64,000 nucleotides of DNA from Acidimicrobiia bacterium (GCA_040881685.1 JBBECS010000017.1:52957-116956); one strand, 5' to 3'; shown: positions 32,722 to 42,036, counted from the stretch's first letter. Program-made: numbers and translations. The notes: a model not told the origin generated them from the sequence alone.

Positions 32722-33227
32722 GACGCGTCCTCAGCCGGCACATCGACCTCGACGGCGACCGCGTCGTCCACCTCGACCGTGCCGATGTCTTCGGGAGACG
32801 GAGGTGCCATGGCCGCATCGAGATCAAGGTCGAGCTCGGCTGTCGCCAGGTCAGGCGCGGGCTCGGGAGGCGCATCCATCCCGTCGCCACCACCCGTACG
32901 GGGCTGATCGCGGAAGTCGCGGAGCGTGCCGCCATCGCGGTCGCCGCGCTTGCCCTTCGAGCGGTGCGTGACCTGGCGCACCGAGTACGGCAACAGGGCC
33001 ATCTCGCGGGCGACACGAATCGCCTTCGCGACCGCGCGCTGCTGCTGGGCGTCATTCCCGGTGACGCGGCGCGCCCGGATCTTGGCCCGCTCGGACATGA
33101 ACCGCCGCAGCAGGTTGACGTCCTTGTAGTCGATCCACTCGATCGACTCCTGGTCGAGGATCGACACCTTCTTCTTCGGACGCCGGTCGCGGTCCTCACG
33201 CTTCGTGCGTGTTCTCGGTCGGGCCAT
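32718..33227 (-). CDS. rpsR: 30S ribosomal protein S18 with ~85-aa acidic C-terminal extension
   Basis: Core [50 protein letters not shown], then an uninterrupted frame through a D/E/P/A-rich tail to 32718. Overlaps the rplI start. Confidence 0.9.
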   Translation of the reverse strand: MARPRTRTKREDRDRRPKKKVSILDQESIEWIDYKDVNLLRRFMSERAKIRARRVTGNDAQQQRAVAKAIRVAREMALLPYSVRQVTHRSKGKRGDRDGGTLRDFRDQPRTGGGDGMDAPPEPAPDLATAELDLDLDAAMAPPSPEDIGTVEVDDAVAVEVDVPAEDAS

Positions 33228-33229
33228 GG

Positions 33230-33700
33230 TTAGAAGGGCTCCTCGCCGAAGTCGTCGGCCGGGGGTGCCGAGGGCGTGCGCGCCGGCTCACCGCCGCCGC
33301 CTCCCCCGCCACCACCAGGACCACCAGCGCCGCCGCCGCGGCGCTCGTTCTTCGTGATGGTCGCGGTCGCCCAGCGCAGGCTCGGACCGACCTCATCGGC
33401 CGCGATCTCGACCACGCTGCGCTTCTCGCCGTTGTCGGTCTCCCACGATCGCTGCTCGAGGCGGCCCGTCACGACCACGCGCGCCCCCTTGCCGAGCGAC
33501 TCGGAGACGTTCTCGGCCATCTCACGCCAGCACACGACGTTGAAGAAGCTGACGCGCTCCTCCCACTCGTTCGTCTGACGGTTCATCCACCGGCGGTTCA
33601 CGGCGATGCCGAAGCTGCAGTTGGCGGCGCCGCCCGCGGTGTAACGCATCTCGGGGTCGCGGGTGACGTTCCCAACGACGGTGACGGTGTTGTCGGCCAT
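33230..33700 (-). CDS. ssb: single-stranded DNA-binding protein
   Basis: Start at [26 protein letters not shown] (ATG 33700). Gly-rich linker and DDFGEEPF tail. Confidence 0.95.
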   Translation of the reverse strand: MADNTVTVVGNVTRDPEMRYTAGGAANCSFGIAVNRRWMNRQTNEWEERVSFFNVVCWREMAENVSESLGKGARVVVTGRLEQRSWETDNGEKRSVVEIAADEVGPSLRWATATITKNERRGGGAGGPGGGGGGGGGEPARTPSAPPADDFGEEPF

Positions 33701-33728
33701 CTGGACCTCTCTGCTCGTTCGTCCGCCG

Positions 33729-34049
33729 CTACGAGCTCGTCGTAGCGGTCTTGCCGTACACCGCTTCGGGGATTCGCAGGATCTTGTGGCGGAGCACCTC
33801 GTCGGCCAGCGAGAGCACGCGGCCGAGCTCGTCCATCGCAGCCGGCTCAGCTCGGGCCTGGAGGACGACGTAGTAGCCCTCCCACCGGTGCTTGAGTCGG
33901 TACGCGAACCGCCGCTTGCCCCAGTGATCGACGGTGCCGAGTTCGGCACCAGCCGACGTGAGCGACTTCGCGTGGCGGTCGACCGCGGCCCGAATGAGGT
34001 CGGGCTCCACGTCCGCGTCGAAGATGACCATGACCTCGTACGGCCGCAT
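33729..34049 (-). CDS. rpsF: 30S ribosomal protein S6
   Basis: MRPYEVMVIFDADVEPD...WGKRRFAYRLKHRWEGYYVV. GAAGGAGG SD. Confidence 0.95.
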   Translation of the reverse strand: MRPYEVMVIFDADVEPDLIRAAVDRHAKSLTSAGAELGTVDHWGKRRFAYRLKHRWEGYYVVLQARAEPAAMDELGRVLSLADEVLRHKILRIPEAVYGKTATTSS

Positions 34050-34248
34050 TCAGCCGTGCCTCCTTCGGACCGCCGGGTGGTCCCGGTGGGCTCCCGACGT
34101 CACCGGCAGGGCCGGGCGTGGGAGCAGGTGGGATGTCGAGGGGTCGAGGCTACCAGTGGCAGGCCTGAGACCCCAATGGGACGGTGACGATCGACGCAGT
34201 GCCATCCCGACAACCGTAGGAGCAGGGTGTGACAGGTGGGCTCGGCAC

Positions 34249-34743
34249 TCAGGCGGCCGCGCGCAAACCTCCCCGCGGGAGATCCCCGGCCAGGGTCTCG
34301 AGCGCGTACCGGAACTCGCCGTCGGCGCGGTACACGGGACAGTCCTCCTCGCTGCCGGCACACGGTTCCATGCGCAGCCGCGAGACGAACCTCCCCTTGG
34401 CGTCGTAGAAGGCGATGTCGAGCGGGACCGGCACCGTCGACATCGTGAACGAGATCTGCACCGGTTCGAGGTAGGCGAAGAGCATGCCGTCGTAGGGCCC
34501 GAGCGTCTCGCGTCGACGCATTCCTTCGGAACGCTCGCCCGAACCGTCGGCGACCACCACGCGCCGGCGTGTGCCTCCGACCTTCAGGCGGGTCTCCGTG
34601 AGATGCGGGAAAGGCTCATCAGCCGCTCGGGCGTCGATGACCGCTTCGGCGATCCTTGCACCGCGCGATCCCGGAGCCAGTTCTCCGCCGTTCACGAACA
34701 CCGCGGCGAGGACGACCGCTGTCAACTTGAGGATCGACGTCAC
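34249..34743 (-). CDS. DUF192-like secreted protein
   Basis: Signal-like N-terminus. GMLFAY...MSTVPVPLDIAFYDAKGRFV pattern typical of COG1430/DUF192 proteins (recalled). Confidence 0.75.
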   Translation of the reverse strand: MTSILKLTAVVLAAVFVNGGELAPGSRGARIAEAVIDARAADEPFPHLTETRLKVGGTRRRVVVADGSGERSEGMRRRETLGPYDGMLFAYLEPVQISFTMSTVPVPLDIAFYDAKGRFVSRLRMEPCAGSEEDCPVYRADGEFRYALETLAGDLPRGGLRAAA

Positions 34744-34768
34744 GACAATGAACGGGTCGATCTTCCTT

Positions 34769-35668
34769 CTAGGCAGGCGTGCGCTCGCTCGGGGCGTCCT
34801 CGCCTGCGTCGCCGGTATAGAGGTTCAGCGACTCACTCACCGTGTCCGCGGCGTGGTACGTCTCGCTGCTCGACGGGAACCGACCGGTACGCACGTCGTC
34901 GGCAAACTGCGTCACCGCGGCGATGGCATCGGTCGCAAGGTCGGCGTAGCGCCGGACGAACTTCGGCGTCGCCCGCTGCTCGAGGCCGAGCAGGTCGTGC
35001 ATCACGAGGACCTGGCCGTCGCAGTGGCGGCCTGCCCCGATGCCGATGGTCGGCACCGGGATCGTGTCGGTCACGAGCCGGGCCACGGCGTCGGGCACGC
35101 ACTCGAGCACGACTGCGAAGCAACCAGCCTCGGCGAGCGCGACCGCGTCGTCCACGATCGTGCGCGCGGTGTCGAGGTCCTTGCCCTGTACCCGGAAGCC
35201 GCCGAGCGCATGCACGGACTGGGGCGTGAGGCCGAGGTGGCCCATCACCGGGATCTCGGCGTCGAGGATGGCCTGCACGGCCTCGAGGCGCTTGCGCCCG
35301 CCCTCGAGCTTCACCGCACCTGCACCCGCCCGAACGAGCGTCGCCGCGTTGCGCACGGTGTCGGACGTCGACACGTGGTAGCTGAGCCACGGGAGGTCGC
35401 CGACGACGAGGGCCAGGGGCTCGGTTCGAGCCACCGCTCCGACGTGGTGAGCGATGTCGTCGGTCGTGACCTGGAGCGTGTCCTCGTACCCGAGCACCAC
35501 ATTCGCGACCGAGTCGCCCACCAGGATCATGTCGACCCCGGCGGCGTCCGCGATGCGCGCCGTCGGCGCGTCGTACGCGGTGACCATGACGAGTGGGGTT
35601 TCGTGTGACTTGCGCGCCGAAACCGCGGGCGCAGTGACACGGGCCTTGGGACGAGCCTCAGCGGCCAT
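34769..35668 (-). CDS. panB: 3-methyl-2-oxobutanoate hydroxymethyltransferase
   Basis: Start at MAAEARPK (ATG 35668, GGAGG SD). LVMVTAYDAPTARIADAAGVDMILVGDS...VKLEGG...GHLGLTPQS. Confidence 0.93.
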   Translation of the reverse strand: MAAEARPKARVTAPAVSARKSHETPLVMVTAYDAPTARIADAAGVDMILVGDSVANVVLGYEDTLQVTTDDIAHHVGAVARTEPLALVVGDLPWLSYHVSTSDTVRNAATLVRAGAGAVKLEGGRKRLEAVQAILDAEIPVMGHLGLTPQSVHALGGFRVQGKDLDTARTIVDDAVALAEAGCFAVVLECVPDAVARLVTDTIPVPTIGIGAGRHCDGQVLVMHDLLGLEQRATPKFVRRYADLATDAIAAVTQFADDVRTGRFPSSSETYHAADTVSESLNLYTGDAGEDAPSERTPA

Positions 35669-35747
35669 CTCGTGACCTCCGTCGTCCAGGGCACGGACGG
35701 CTCCCGGCGACGCCAGGAGGATACCCGAATTGTCTCGCTCGCTCACT

Positions 35748-35770
35748 CGGCGCCGGGATACCCGGCGCCG
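35748..35770. repeat. palindromic repeat related to the GTA-centred family (CGGCGCCGGG-ATA-CCCGGCGCCG)
   Basis: Perfect 10+3+10 palindrome. Downstream GCGCTCGCTCCCTGGCGAG plus hairpin GTGCC-TCT-GGCAC parallels the tail of the 19.1 kb copy. Confidence 0.55.
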
Positions 35771-35817
35771 CTCTTCGAGGCGCTCGCTCCCTGGCGAGTG
35801 CCTCTGGCACCGCAGGG

Positions 35818-36180
35818 CTACACCGCGTAGCGGCGGCCGTGGAGCTCGTGGCGCTGGAGGTGGTTCCAACGACAGTCGAGGCAGACCTCGACGATGTAGC
35901 GGGAGAACTCTTCGTGGGCGGCGCACAGCCGCTCGAGCTCGACGTCGGAGGTGATGCAGCGACCGTTGGCGTGGCGGAGGGCGTCGCCGTAGACGTAGGA
36001 CACGAGCCGGAGGTGGGCGGAGCCGCAGACGGGGCAATCGCCGTCGGCGGGATCGCCCACGTTGCGCCCGGCGCGGAGCAGCTCGGGGTGGGCATCGCAG
36101 ACGTCGATCCGCTCGCGTCGCCCGCTGCGCAAGTCACGCAGGACGGCCCGGCGGGCCAGCACGTACTCGATGTCGCCCAT
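35818..36180 (-). CDS. conserved actinobacterial Cys-rich protein (DUF5318-like, recalled)
   Basis: MGDIEYVLARRAVLRDLRSGRRERIDVCDAHPELLRAG...CPVCGS...VSYVYGD... Divergent from padR, as in other actinobacteria. Confidence 0.75.
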   Translation of the reverse strand: MGDIEYVLARRAVLRDLRSGRRERIDVCDAHPELLRAGRNVGDPADGDCPVCGSAHLRLVSYVYGDALRHANGRCITSDVELERLCAAHEEFSRYIVEVCLDCRWNHLQRHELHGRRYAV

Positions 36181-36254
36181 CGGCGGCGAGTGTATGCAGC
36201 GCCTCCACCGATCGCGCGCGTCCGATCGGCCGGGCCGGGTGGGTCCGCCGAGGC

Positions 36255-36313
36255 TTGACCCGAGGCCCAGGATGCTTCATACTTGCACTTCGATATATCG
36301 AATCGATATATCG
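36255..36313 (+). promoter_or_regulatory. candidate padR-ino1 promoter (TTGACC-N17-CATACT) with two tandem AT-rich palindromes CGATATATCG
   Basis: -35 at 36255..36260, -10 at 36278..36283. Palindromes at 36291..36300 (extends to TTCGATATATCGAA) and 36304..36313. This is the most AT-rich stretch in the window. Confidence 0.5.
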
Positions 36314-36346
36314 CCCCTCACGCCCCACCGCCACCAGGAGTCCACC

Positions 36347-36997
36347 GTGCTGGAGCTCGCCGTTCTGGGTCTGCTCAAGGAGCAGCCGTTGCACGGCTAC
36401 GAGCTGAAGAAGCGCCTGGGAGAGACCCTCGGGTTCCTCTGGGGCGTCTCGTACGGCTCGCTGTATCCGGCGTTGCGCAGGCTCGAGCGAGAAGGCGCGA
36501 TCGAGAGCGTCGAGCCGGGCCCTGCGCTCACCGCCGCACCGGTCCCCACCGGTTCGATCACCGGGGACCGCGCTGCCGCCCGCCGCCGGACCGGGACTCG
36601 CCGGGCCGAAGGCAGCCGTCGGACCCGCAAGGCGTACCGCATCACCGAGCGCGGCGAGGCGCTGCTCGTGGAGCTCCTCCTCGCCGACGACGAGCGCGCC
36701 GACGACGACAAGGGCTTCGCCATCAAGCTCGCGTTCTGCGGCCACGCGCCGGCCGAGGCGCGGCTCCGCTTTCTCGAGCGCCGGCGTGACGCACTGCGAA
36801 CCCGCGTCGACCGGGTGCGTGGATCCGACGCGCGCCACGACCGCGGCGGGCGCCCGCGGAGTCAAGACCGCTATCTCACGTCACTGATCGAGCACCGCGC
36901 TCGGGCGACTGACCGCGACCTCGAGTGGGTCGAAGAGCTGATCGCCGCCGAGCGCGGCCCCGAAAGGTTGTTGGGTCAGGAAGGAGCTACCGCATGA
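36347..36997 (+). CDS. PadR-family transcriptional regulator
   Basis: GTG 36347 (AGGAG 7 nt upstream): [52 protein letters not shown]. Stop overlaps the ino1 ATG (ATGA). Confidence 0.88.
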   Translation: MLELAVLGLLKEQPLHGYELKKRLGETLGFLWGVSYGSLYPALRRLEREGAIESVEPGPALTAAPVPTGSITGDRAAARRRTGTRRAEGSRRTRKAYRITERGEALLVELLLADDERADDDKGFAIKLAFCGHAPAEARLRFLERRRDALRTRVDRVRGSDARHDRGGRPRSQDRYLTSLIEHRARATDRDLEWVEELIAAERGPERLLGQEGATA

Positions 36998-38085
36998 GTG
37001 CGCCGAACACCAATGGCAAGAAGGTCCGGGTCGCGATCGCCGGAGTCGGGAACTGCGCGAGCAGCCTCGTCCAGGGCGTCGAGTACTACCGCGACGCCGA
37101 CCCCAACGACGAGGTGCCCGGGCTCATGCACGTTGCCCTCGGCGGCTACCACGTGCGCGACGTCGACTTCGTCGCGGCGTTCGATGTGGACGCGGCCAAG
37201 GTCGGCCTCGACCTCGGCAAGGCGATCTTCGCCGGGCAGAACAACACCGTGAAGTTCGCCGACATCGGCGGCCTCGGCATCCAGGTGCTGCGAGGCCCCA
37301 CGTTCGACGGCCTCGGCGAGTTCTACCGCGAGACCGTGGAGGAGTCGCCGGCGGCGCCCGTCGACGTGACGCAGACGCTGCGCGACGCCAAGGCCGACGT
37401 GCTCGTGAGCTACCTGCCGGTCGGTTCCGAGGACGCCCAACGGCACTACGCCAAGGCCTGCCTCGACGCCGGCGTCGGGTTCGTGAACGCCATCCCGGTG
37501 TTCATCGCCAGCGATCCCGAGTGGGCGAAGAAGTTCGAGGACGCCGGTATCCCGATCGTGGGTGACGACATCAAGAGCCAGGTCGGCGCCACGATCGTCC
37601 ACCGCATCCTCACGCGCCTGTTCGAGGACCGTGGCGTCGAGCTCGACCGCACGTACCAGCTGAACTTCGGCGGCAACATGGACTTCAAGAACATGCTGGA
37701 GCGCAAGCGGCTGAAGTCCAAGAAGATCTCCAAGACCCAGGCGGTCACGAGCCAGATGGACACGCCGGTCGAAGCCGACAACGTCCACATCGGCCCGTCC
37801 GACCACGTGCCGTGGCTCGACGACCGGAAGTGGTGCTACATCCGGCTCGAGGGCCGCAACTTCGGTGACGTGCCGCTCAACCTGGAGCTCAAGCTCGAGG
37901 TCTGGGACTCGCCGAACTCGGCCGGGGTGATCATCGACGCGGTGCGCTGCGCCAAGCTCGCCATGGACCGGGGCATCGGCGGACCGCTCCTCGGCCCTTC
38001 GGCGTACTTCATGAAGTCGCCACCGGTGCAGTACCGCGACGAGGAAGCCCGCGAGATGGTCGAGGCCTTCGCCAGAGGCGAGTGA
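36994..38085 (+). CDS. ino1: inositol-3-phosphate synthase
   Basis: [32 protein letters not shown]...SYLPVGSE...[15 protein letters not shown]... AAGGAG SD. Confidence 0.93.
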   Translation: MSAPNTNGKKVRVAIAGVGNCASSLVQGVEYYRDADPNDEVPGLMHVALGGYHVRDVDFVAAFDVDAAKVGLDLGKAIFAGQNNTVKFADIGGLGIQVLRGPTFDGLGEFYRETVEESPAAPVDVTQTLRDAKADVLVSYLPVGSEDAQRHYAKACLDAGVGFVNAIPVFIASDPEWAKKFEDAGIPIVGDDIKSQVGATIVHRILTRLFEDRGVELDRTYQLNFGGNMDFKNMLERKRLKSKKISKTQAVTSQMDTPVEADNVHIGPSDHVPWLDDRKWCYIRLEGRNFGDVPLNLELKLEVWDSPNSAGVIIDAVRCAKLAMDRGIGGPLLGPSAYFMKSPPVQYRDEEAREMVEAFARGE

Positions 38086-38087
38086 CC

Positions 38088-38109
38088 GCGACGCAGGTAC
38101 CTGCGGCGC
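38088..38109. repeat. GTA-centred palindromic repeat, short copy (GCGACGCAGG-TA-CCTGCGGCGC)
   Basis: 9/10 arm pairing around GGTACC, 3 nt after the ino1 stop. Confidence 0.55.
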
Positions 38110-38132
38110 AAAAAGGCGAGTAAACCGAGGCG

Positions 38133-39266
38133 GTGGCCGCCGCCTCGGACCAACGCGTCTTCGTCGGAGCTGAGGCGTTCGTCGACGCGCTTCGCACCGA
38201 CGTCGCCGCGTGCACCCAGTCCCTGCGGGTGCAGTTCTCGACGTTCGAGGGCGACGACGCCGGGCGCGTCCTCGCCGACCTCCTGCTCGATCGTTCGGCC
38301 GCGGGCGTCGACGTGCAGGTGATCCTCGACGGGTACAGCGAGGTCATTGCCGACGACGTGTACCCCTTCTCCATCCGCGGTCGGAAGGTGCTCACGACCG
38401 AGCGCCGTCGCCGGACCGAGCTGCTCGATCAGCTCGAGTCCCACGGCATCCCGATCCGACGGGTGAACCCGGCGGGTCGCTTCCACCGCTACCTGTTGTT
38501 CCGCGATCACAAGAAGATGGTGATCCTCGACGACCGCATCGCCTACGTGGGCGGGCTCAACGTGTCCGAGCACAACTACGCCTGGCACGACTTCATGGTG
38601 CGGGTCGAGGGCCCCGTGGTGGGCGACGTGCGGGCCGACTTCGCGAGCACGTGGTCCGGCGAGACCATCGCTCTCACGGAGCGGCGCGACCATGGTGACT
38701 ACGTGCTCAACCACAGCCCCGGGCGACCAACCATTCTCGACGCCGCGCTGGATCTCATCGCCGGAGCGCGCCGTCAGATCGTCATGGAATCGCCCTACCT
38801 GTGCGGCGACCGCATCGAGACCGCGCTCCTCGCCGCCGCACAGCGCGGCGTACGCGTGCTCCTCGTGACGCCGCTGCACCCCAACCACCTGCACAACCGG
38901 GTGTGGGTGCGCAAGCTCCGACGACGCCTACGCCATGCGAATATCGAGGTGCTGGGCTATCCGGGCTCCGACGGGATGACCCACGCCAAACTGCTCGTGG
39001 TGGACGACAAGATCGCGGCCTTCGGGTCACTGAACTACCAGGAGATCGAGGCGGTCGCGCAGAAGGAACTGAACGTCTTCACCCGGGACCCCGCGCTCGT
39101 CGCCGAGCTCACGGCGGTGGCCGTCGCCGATGCGCGCGCGAGCAGCTCCGTGCCGATACCCCGCACCGCGTTCGGGTGGTTCACCTACCGATGCATCCAC
39201 TGGCTCGTGCGGGCGTGGACCCGCCGCCTCTTGCGCCGTTCGGCGTGGCGGGCGACGTACGGCTGA
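38133..39266 (+). CDS. phospholipase D-superfamily protein (two HKD motifs; cardiolipin/phosphatidyl-transferase-like)
   Basis: HKD motifs FRDHKKMVILDDRIAYVGGLNVSE and MTHAKLLVVDDKIAAFGSLN. 377 aa. Confidence 0.85.
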   Translation: MAAASDQRVFVGAEAFVDALRTDVAACTQSLRVQFSTFEGDDAGRVLADLLLDRSAAGVDVQVILDGYSEVIADDVYPFSIRGRKVLTTERRRRTELLDQLESHGIPIRRVNPAGRFHRYLLFRDHKKMVILDDRIAYVGGLNVSEHNYAWHDFMVRVEGPVVGDVRADFASTWSGETIALTERRDHGDYVLNHSPGRPTILDAALDLIAGARRQIVMESPYLCGDRIETALLAAAQRGVRVLLVTPLHPNHLHNRVWVRKLRRRLRHANIEVLGYPGSDGMTHAKLLVVDDKIAAFGSLNYQEIEAVAQKELNVFTRDPALVAELTAVAVADARASSSVPIPRTAFGWFTYRCIHWLVRAWTRRLLRRSAWRATYG

Positions 39267-39267
39267 G

Positions 39268-40020
39268 ATGCGCGCCTGGAGCCGCCGCCACCGCATCGAG
39301 CTCAAGTACCTCGCCATCGGAGTCGTGGCGCTCGCGGTGCTGATCACGCTTGACCGCACCCACGTGCTCGGCGACCTCGACCACGCGGTCGTGGACGTGC
39401 TCGACGCGACCGAAGGTCTCGGCGCGATCGGCATCTTCGTGCTCGCGCTCGTCTCCAATTGCGCCGTGTTCATCCAGATCCCGTACACGCTGCCGCTGCT
39501 GTCAGCCGCGCTCGGCGGCGCCAGCGTGCTCGACATGCTCGTTCTCGGCGTCGCGGCCGGCGTCGGCGCGGGGTTCGGCGAGATCATCAAGTACCACGTC
39601 GCGCATCGGGTGCTGAGCAAGAAGCCGAACCTCCACCGCAGCGGGCTCTACCGATGGGTGGAGCGTCAAGCGGAGGAGAAGCCGCGCCACATCAAGTGGA
39701 TCGTGTTCATGTGGGCCGGCTCGGTGCTCCCCGACGACACCGTGATCATCCCGTTGGCGATGATCAAGTACGGAGTCCGCCGGATCGCGCTTCCGCTCTT
39801 CCTCGGCAAGGTGTTCCACAACGTGTTGTTCGCGATGATCTTCTTCGCGGTGAGCGAGCAGGCCGAAGACCTCGTGCGCGGCGGTCTCCGCATCGACCTC
39901 GCCTTCGGCCTGCTCGTGACCTTTTTCCTCGTTGTCCTCTACCAGGTCGAAAAGGCCCTCCACCACGCACCAACCGAAGACCCAGCCATCCCCGCCGACA
40001 CCACCGGAACGCATGAGTAA
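39268..40020 (+). CDS. DedA/VTT-like integral membrane protein
   Basis: Start ATG 39268, 1 nt after the PLD stop. Multiple TM helices. GFGEIIKYHVAHR and SVLPDDTVIIPLAMIKYGVRR resemble VTT-domain loops (by eye). Confidence 0.65.
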   Translation: MRAWSRRHRIELKYLAIGVVALAVLITLDRTHVLGDLDHAVVDVLDATEGLGAIGIFVLALVSNCAVFIQIPYTLPLLSAALGGASVLDMLVLGVAAGVGAGFGEIIKYHVAHRVLSKKPNLHRSGLYRWVERQAEEKPRHIKWIVFMWAGSVLPDDTVIIPLAMIKYGVRRIALPLFLGKVFHNVLFAMIFFAVSEQAEDLVRGGLRIDLAFGLLVTFFLVVLYQVEKALHHAPTEDPAIPADTTGTHE

Positions 40021-40065
40021 CCGCTTCGCCATCGTCGCGCGGGCCTTGTGGTCTGCCTGCGGGAG

Positions 40066-40090
40066 CCGTGCGCGAAGCGCGCGCACACGG
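40066..40090 (-). terminator. candidate terminator hairpin after cca
   Basis: Minus-strand RNA CCGUGUGCG-cgcgcuu-CGCGCACGG: 9-bp stem including one G-U pair, beginning 3 nt after the cca stop. No U tract. Confidence 0.35.
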
Positions 40091-40092
40091 AG

Positions 40093-41493
40093 TCAGATGC
40101 GCGGGGTGATGTCGTGCTCGCGGGCCCAGGTGGCGAGGTGTTGGTAGGCGGTGGGCTCGTCGATCGGGCCTTCGTCGAGGCGGAGCTCGAGGAGGAACTC
40201 GAGCGCCTGGCCGACGACGCGGCCGGGCTCGACCCCGAGGAAGTCCATCACCTGTCGCCCGTCGAGTGGCGGGCGGATGGAGTCGAGCTCCTCCTTGGCC
40301 CGCAGCTCAGTGATGCGGGCTTCGAGGTCGTCGATGCGCCGTCCGAGCGCGGCGGCCTTGCGCTTGTTGCGCGTGGTGCAGTCGCAGCGCTGCAGGTGGT
40401 TGAGGTCGTCGAGGAGCGCGCCGGCGTCGCGCACGTAGCGGCGCACCGCTTTGTCGGTCCACCCCATCGCGTAGGTGTGGATGCGGAGGTGCAGGTACAC
40501 CAGCTTCGTGACCTCTTCGATGAGGTGGTTCGGGAACCTGAGGGCTCGCATCCGCTCCTCGGTCATGCGCGCACCGACGACTTCGTGGTGGTGGAAGCTC
40601 ACGCCGCCTTGCGCGAACGAACGCGTCTTGGGCTTGCCGATGTCGTGGAACAGCGCGGCGAGGCGGACCCGTAGCTCGGGCCGAGTGTTCTGCACCACGG
40701 CGATCGTGTGCGCAAGCACGTCCTTGTGTGTGTGGATCGGGTCTTGCTCGAGCCGCATGGCGTTGAGCTCGGGCAGGAACTCGTCGGACAGCCCCGTGCT
40801 GCACAGCAGCCAGAGTCCCTTGCTGGGGTCGGGGAGCACGAGCAGCCGCGACAGCTCGTCGCGAATGCGCTCGGCGCTGATGATCTCCAAGCGGTGACGC
40901 AACGCTTCGATCGACTGAACGAGCTCGGGCACGGGCTCAAGGTCGAGCGCGGCCACGAACCGTGCGGCGCGCAGCATCCGTAGTGGATCGTCGGTGAACG
41001 ACACCTCAGGTTTCAGCGGCGTGCGCAGGACGCGCGCCGCGAGATCCGAGGCGCCGTCGAACGGGTCCTCGAGGTGCGGCTCGGGGAGAGCGAGAGCCAT
41101 CGCGTTGATCGTGAAGTCGCGTCGAGAGAGGTCGGCCCTGATGTCATCGGCGAACGCGACTGCGGGCTTGCGGTTGTCGGGGTGGTACACGTCGCCCCGG
41201 AACGTCGTGATCTCGAACTTGGTGCCGTCCTTCTCGCCGCCGACCGTGCCGAAGCGCTTCCCCTGAAGCCACACATGATCCGCCCAAGACCGCAACATCC
41301 GCTCGATGTCGTCGGGTCGGGCACTCGTCGCGAGGTCGACATCAGCATCGGGGTCGCTTCGCCCGAGAAAGGCGTCACGGACCGGGCCACCCACGAGGTA
41401 GCAGCGGAACCCGGCCGCCACGAAGCGCTCGGCCAACTCGCGGGTCGGCGCCCCGGGCTCGTAGAAGCGGGCTAGCCGCGGGGGCACCTCCAT
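40093..41493 (-). CDS. cca: CCA tRNA nucleotidyltransferase / poly(A) polymerase family with HD domain
   Basis: Start at MEVPPRLARF (ATG 41493). YLVGGPVRDAFLG...DVDLAT...RRDFTINAMA...FHDIGKP. The track ORF N-terminal extension is Arg-rich shadow. Confidence 0.9.
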   Translation of the reverse strand: MEVPPRLARFYEPGAPTRELAERFVAAGFRCYLVGGPVRDAFLGRSDPDADVDLATSARPDDIERMLRSWADHVWLQGKRFGTVGGEKDGTKFEITTFRGDVYHPDNRKPAVAFADDIRADLSRRDFTINAMALALPEPHLEDPFDGASDLAARVLRTPLKPEVSFTDDPLRMLRAARFVAALDLEPVPELVQSIEALRHRLEIISAERIRDELSRLLVLPDPSKGLWLLCSTGLSDEFLPELNAMRLEQDPIHTHKDVLAHTIAVVQNTRPELRVRLAALFHDIGKPKTRSFAQGGVSFHHHEVVGARMTEERMRALRFPNHLIEEVTKLVYLHLRIHTYAMGWTDKAVRRYVRDAGALLDDLNHLQRCDCTTRNKRKAAALGRRIDDLEARITELRAKEELDSIRPPLDGRQVMDFLGVEPGRVVGQALEFLLELRLDEGPIDEPTAYQHLATWAREHDITPRI

Positions 41494-41543
41494 GGGTACG
41501 CCATTCTCGCGGGAAAACCTCGGGGTGGCAGTTTGTCGACGAG

Positions 41544-42026
41544 GTGTACGGTCCGCGCTGGATGGATATCGAAACCTGGCGTTGGATCTGGCTCGGACTC
41601 GTGGTTGTGTTCGCCGTCGGCGAGCTCGCCGTGCCCGGCACGTTCTTCGTGCTGTCGTTCGCGGTCGGGGCGCTCCTCGCGACCATCGCGGCGTTCCTCG
41701 ACGCATCGGTCGGCCTCCAATGGGCGTTCGCCCTTGTCGGATCGGCCGGAGCCCTGGCGTTGCTCGCCCCGCTCGGCCGACGGCTCGCCCGTCAGCCGAG
41801 CCATGAGGCCCAGGAGGGTGCAACTCGCTGGGTAGGTCGGGCCGGCATGGTGATCGAGGAGATCCCGGGCGAGCCCCACGCCACCGGTCGGGTGAGGGTC
41901 GAGCGCGACGAGTGGCGGGCCGAGACCGACGGCAATGAGGTCATCCCACTCGGAGCAGCGATCGAGGTCATCGCGGTTCGTGGCACCCGGCTCGTCGTCG
42001 TGCCCGCGCGTACAAGCGAGAGCTGA
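41544..42026 (+). CDS. NfeD-family membrane protein
   Basis: N-terminal TM helices plus C-terminal OB-like GRVRVERDEWRAETDGNEVIPLGAAIEVIAVRGTRLVV. Paired with the downstream SPFH gene. Alternative start ATG 41562. Confidence 0.8.
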   Translation: MYGPRWMDIETWRWIWLGLVVVFAVGELAVPGTFFVLSFAVGALLATIAAFLDASVGLQWAFALVGSAGALALLAPLGRRLARQPSHEAQEGATRWVGRAGMVIEEIPGEPHATGRVRVERDEWRAETDGNEVIPLGAAIEVIAVRGTRLVVVPARTSES

Positions 42027-42036
42027 AGGAGCTTCC

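Noticed and set aside
34050-34248. 199-nt region upstream of rpsF as an S6:S18-binding autoregulatory leader
   Set aside because: It is plausible from established knowledge of rpsF leaders, but I could not identify the conserved structure by eye. Not reported as a feature; it needs a covariance-model scan.
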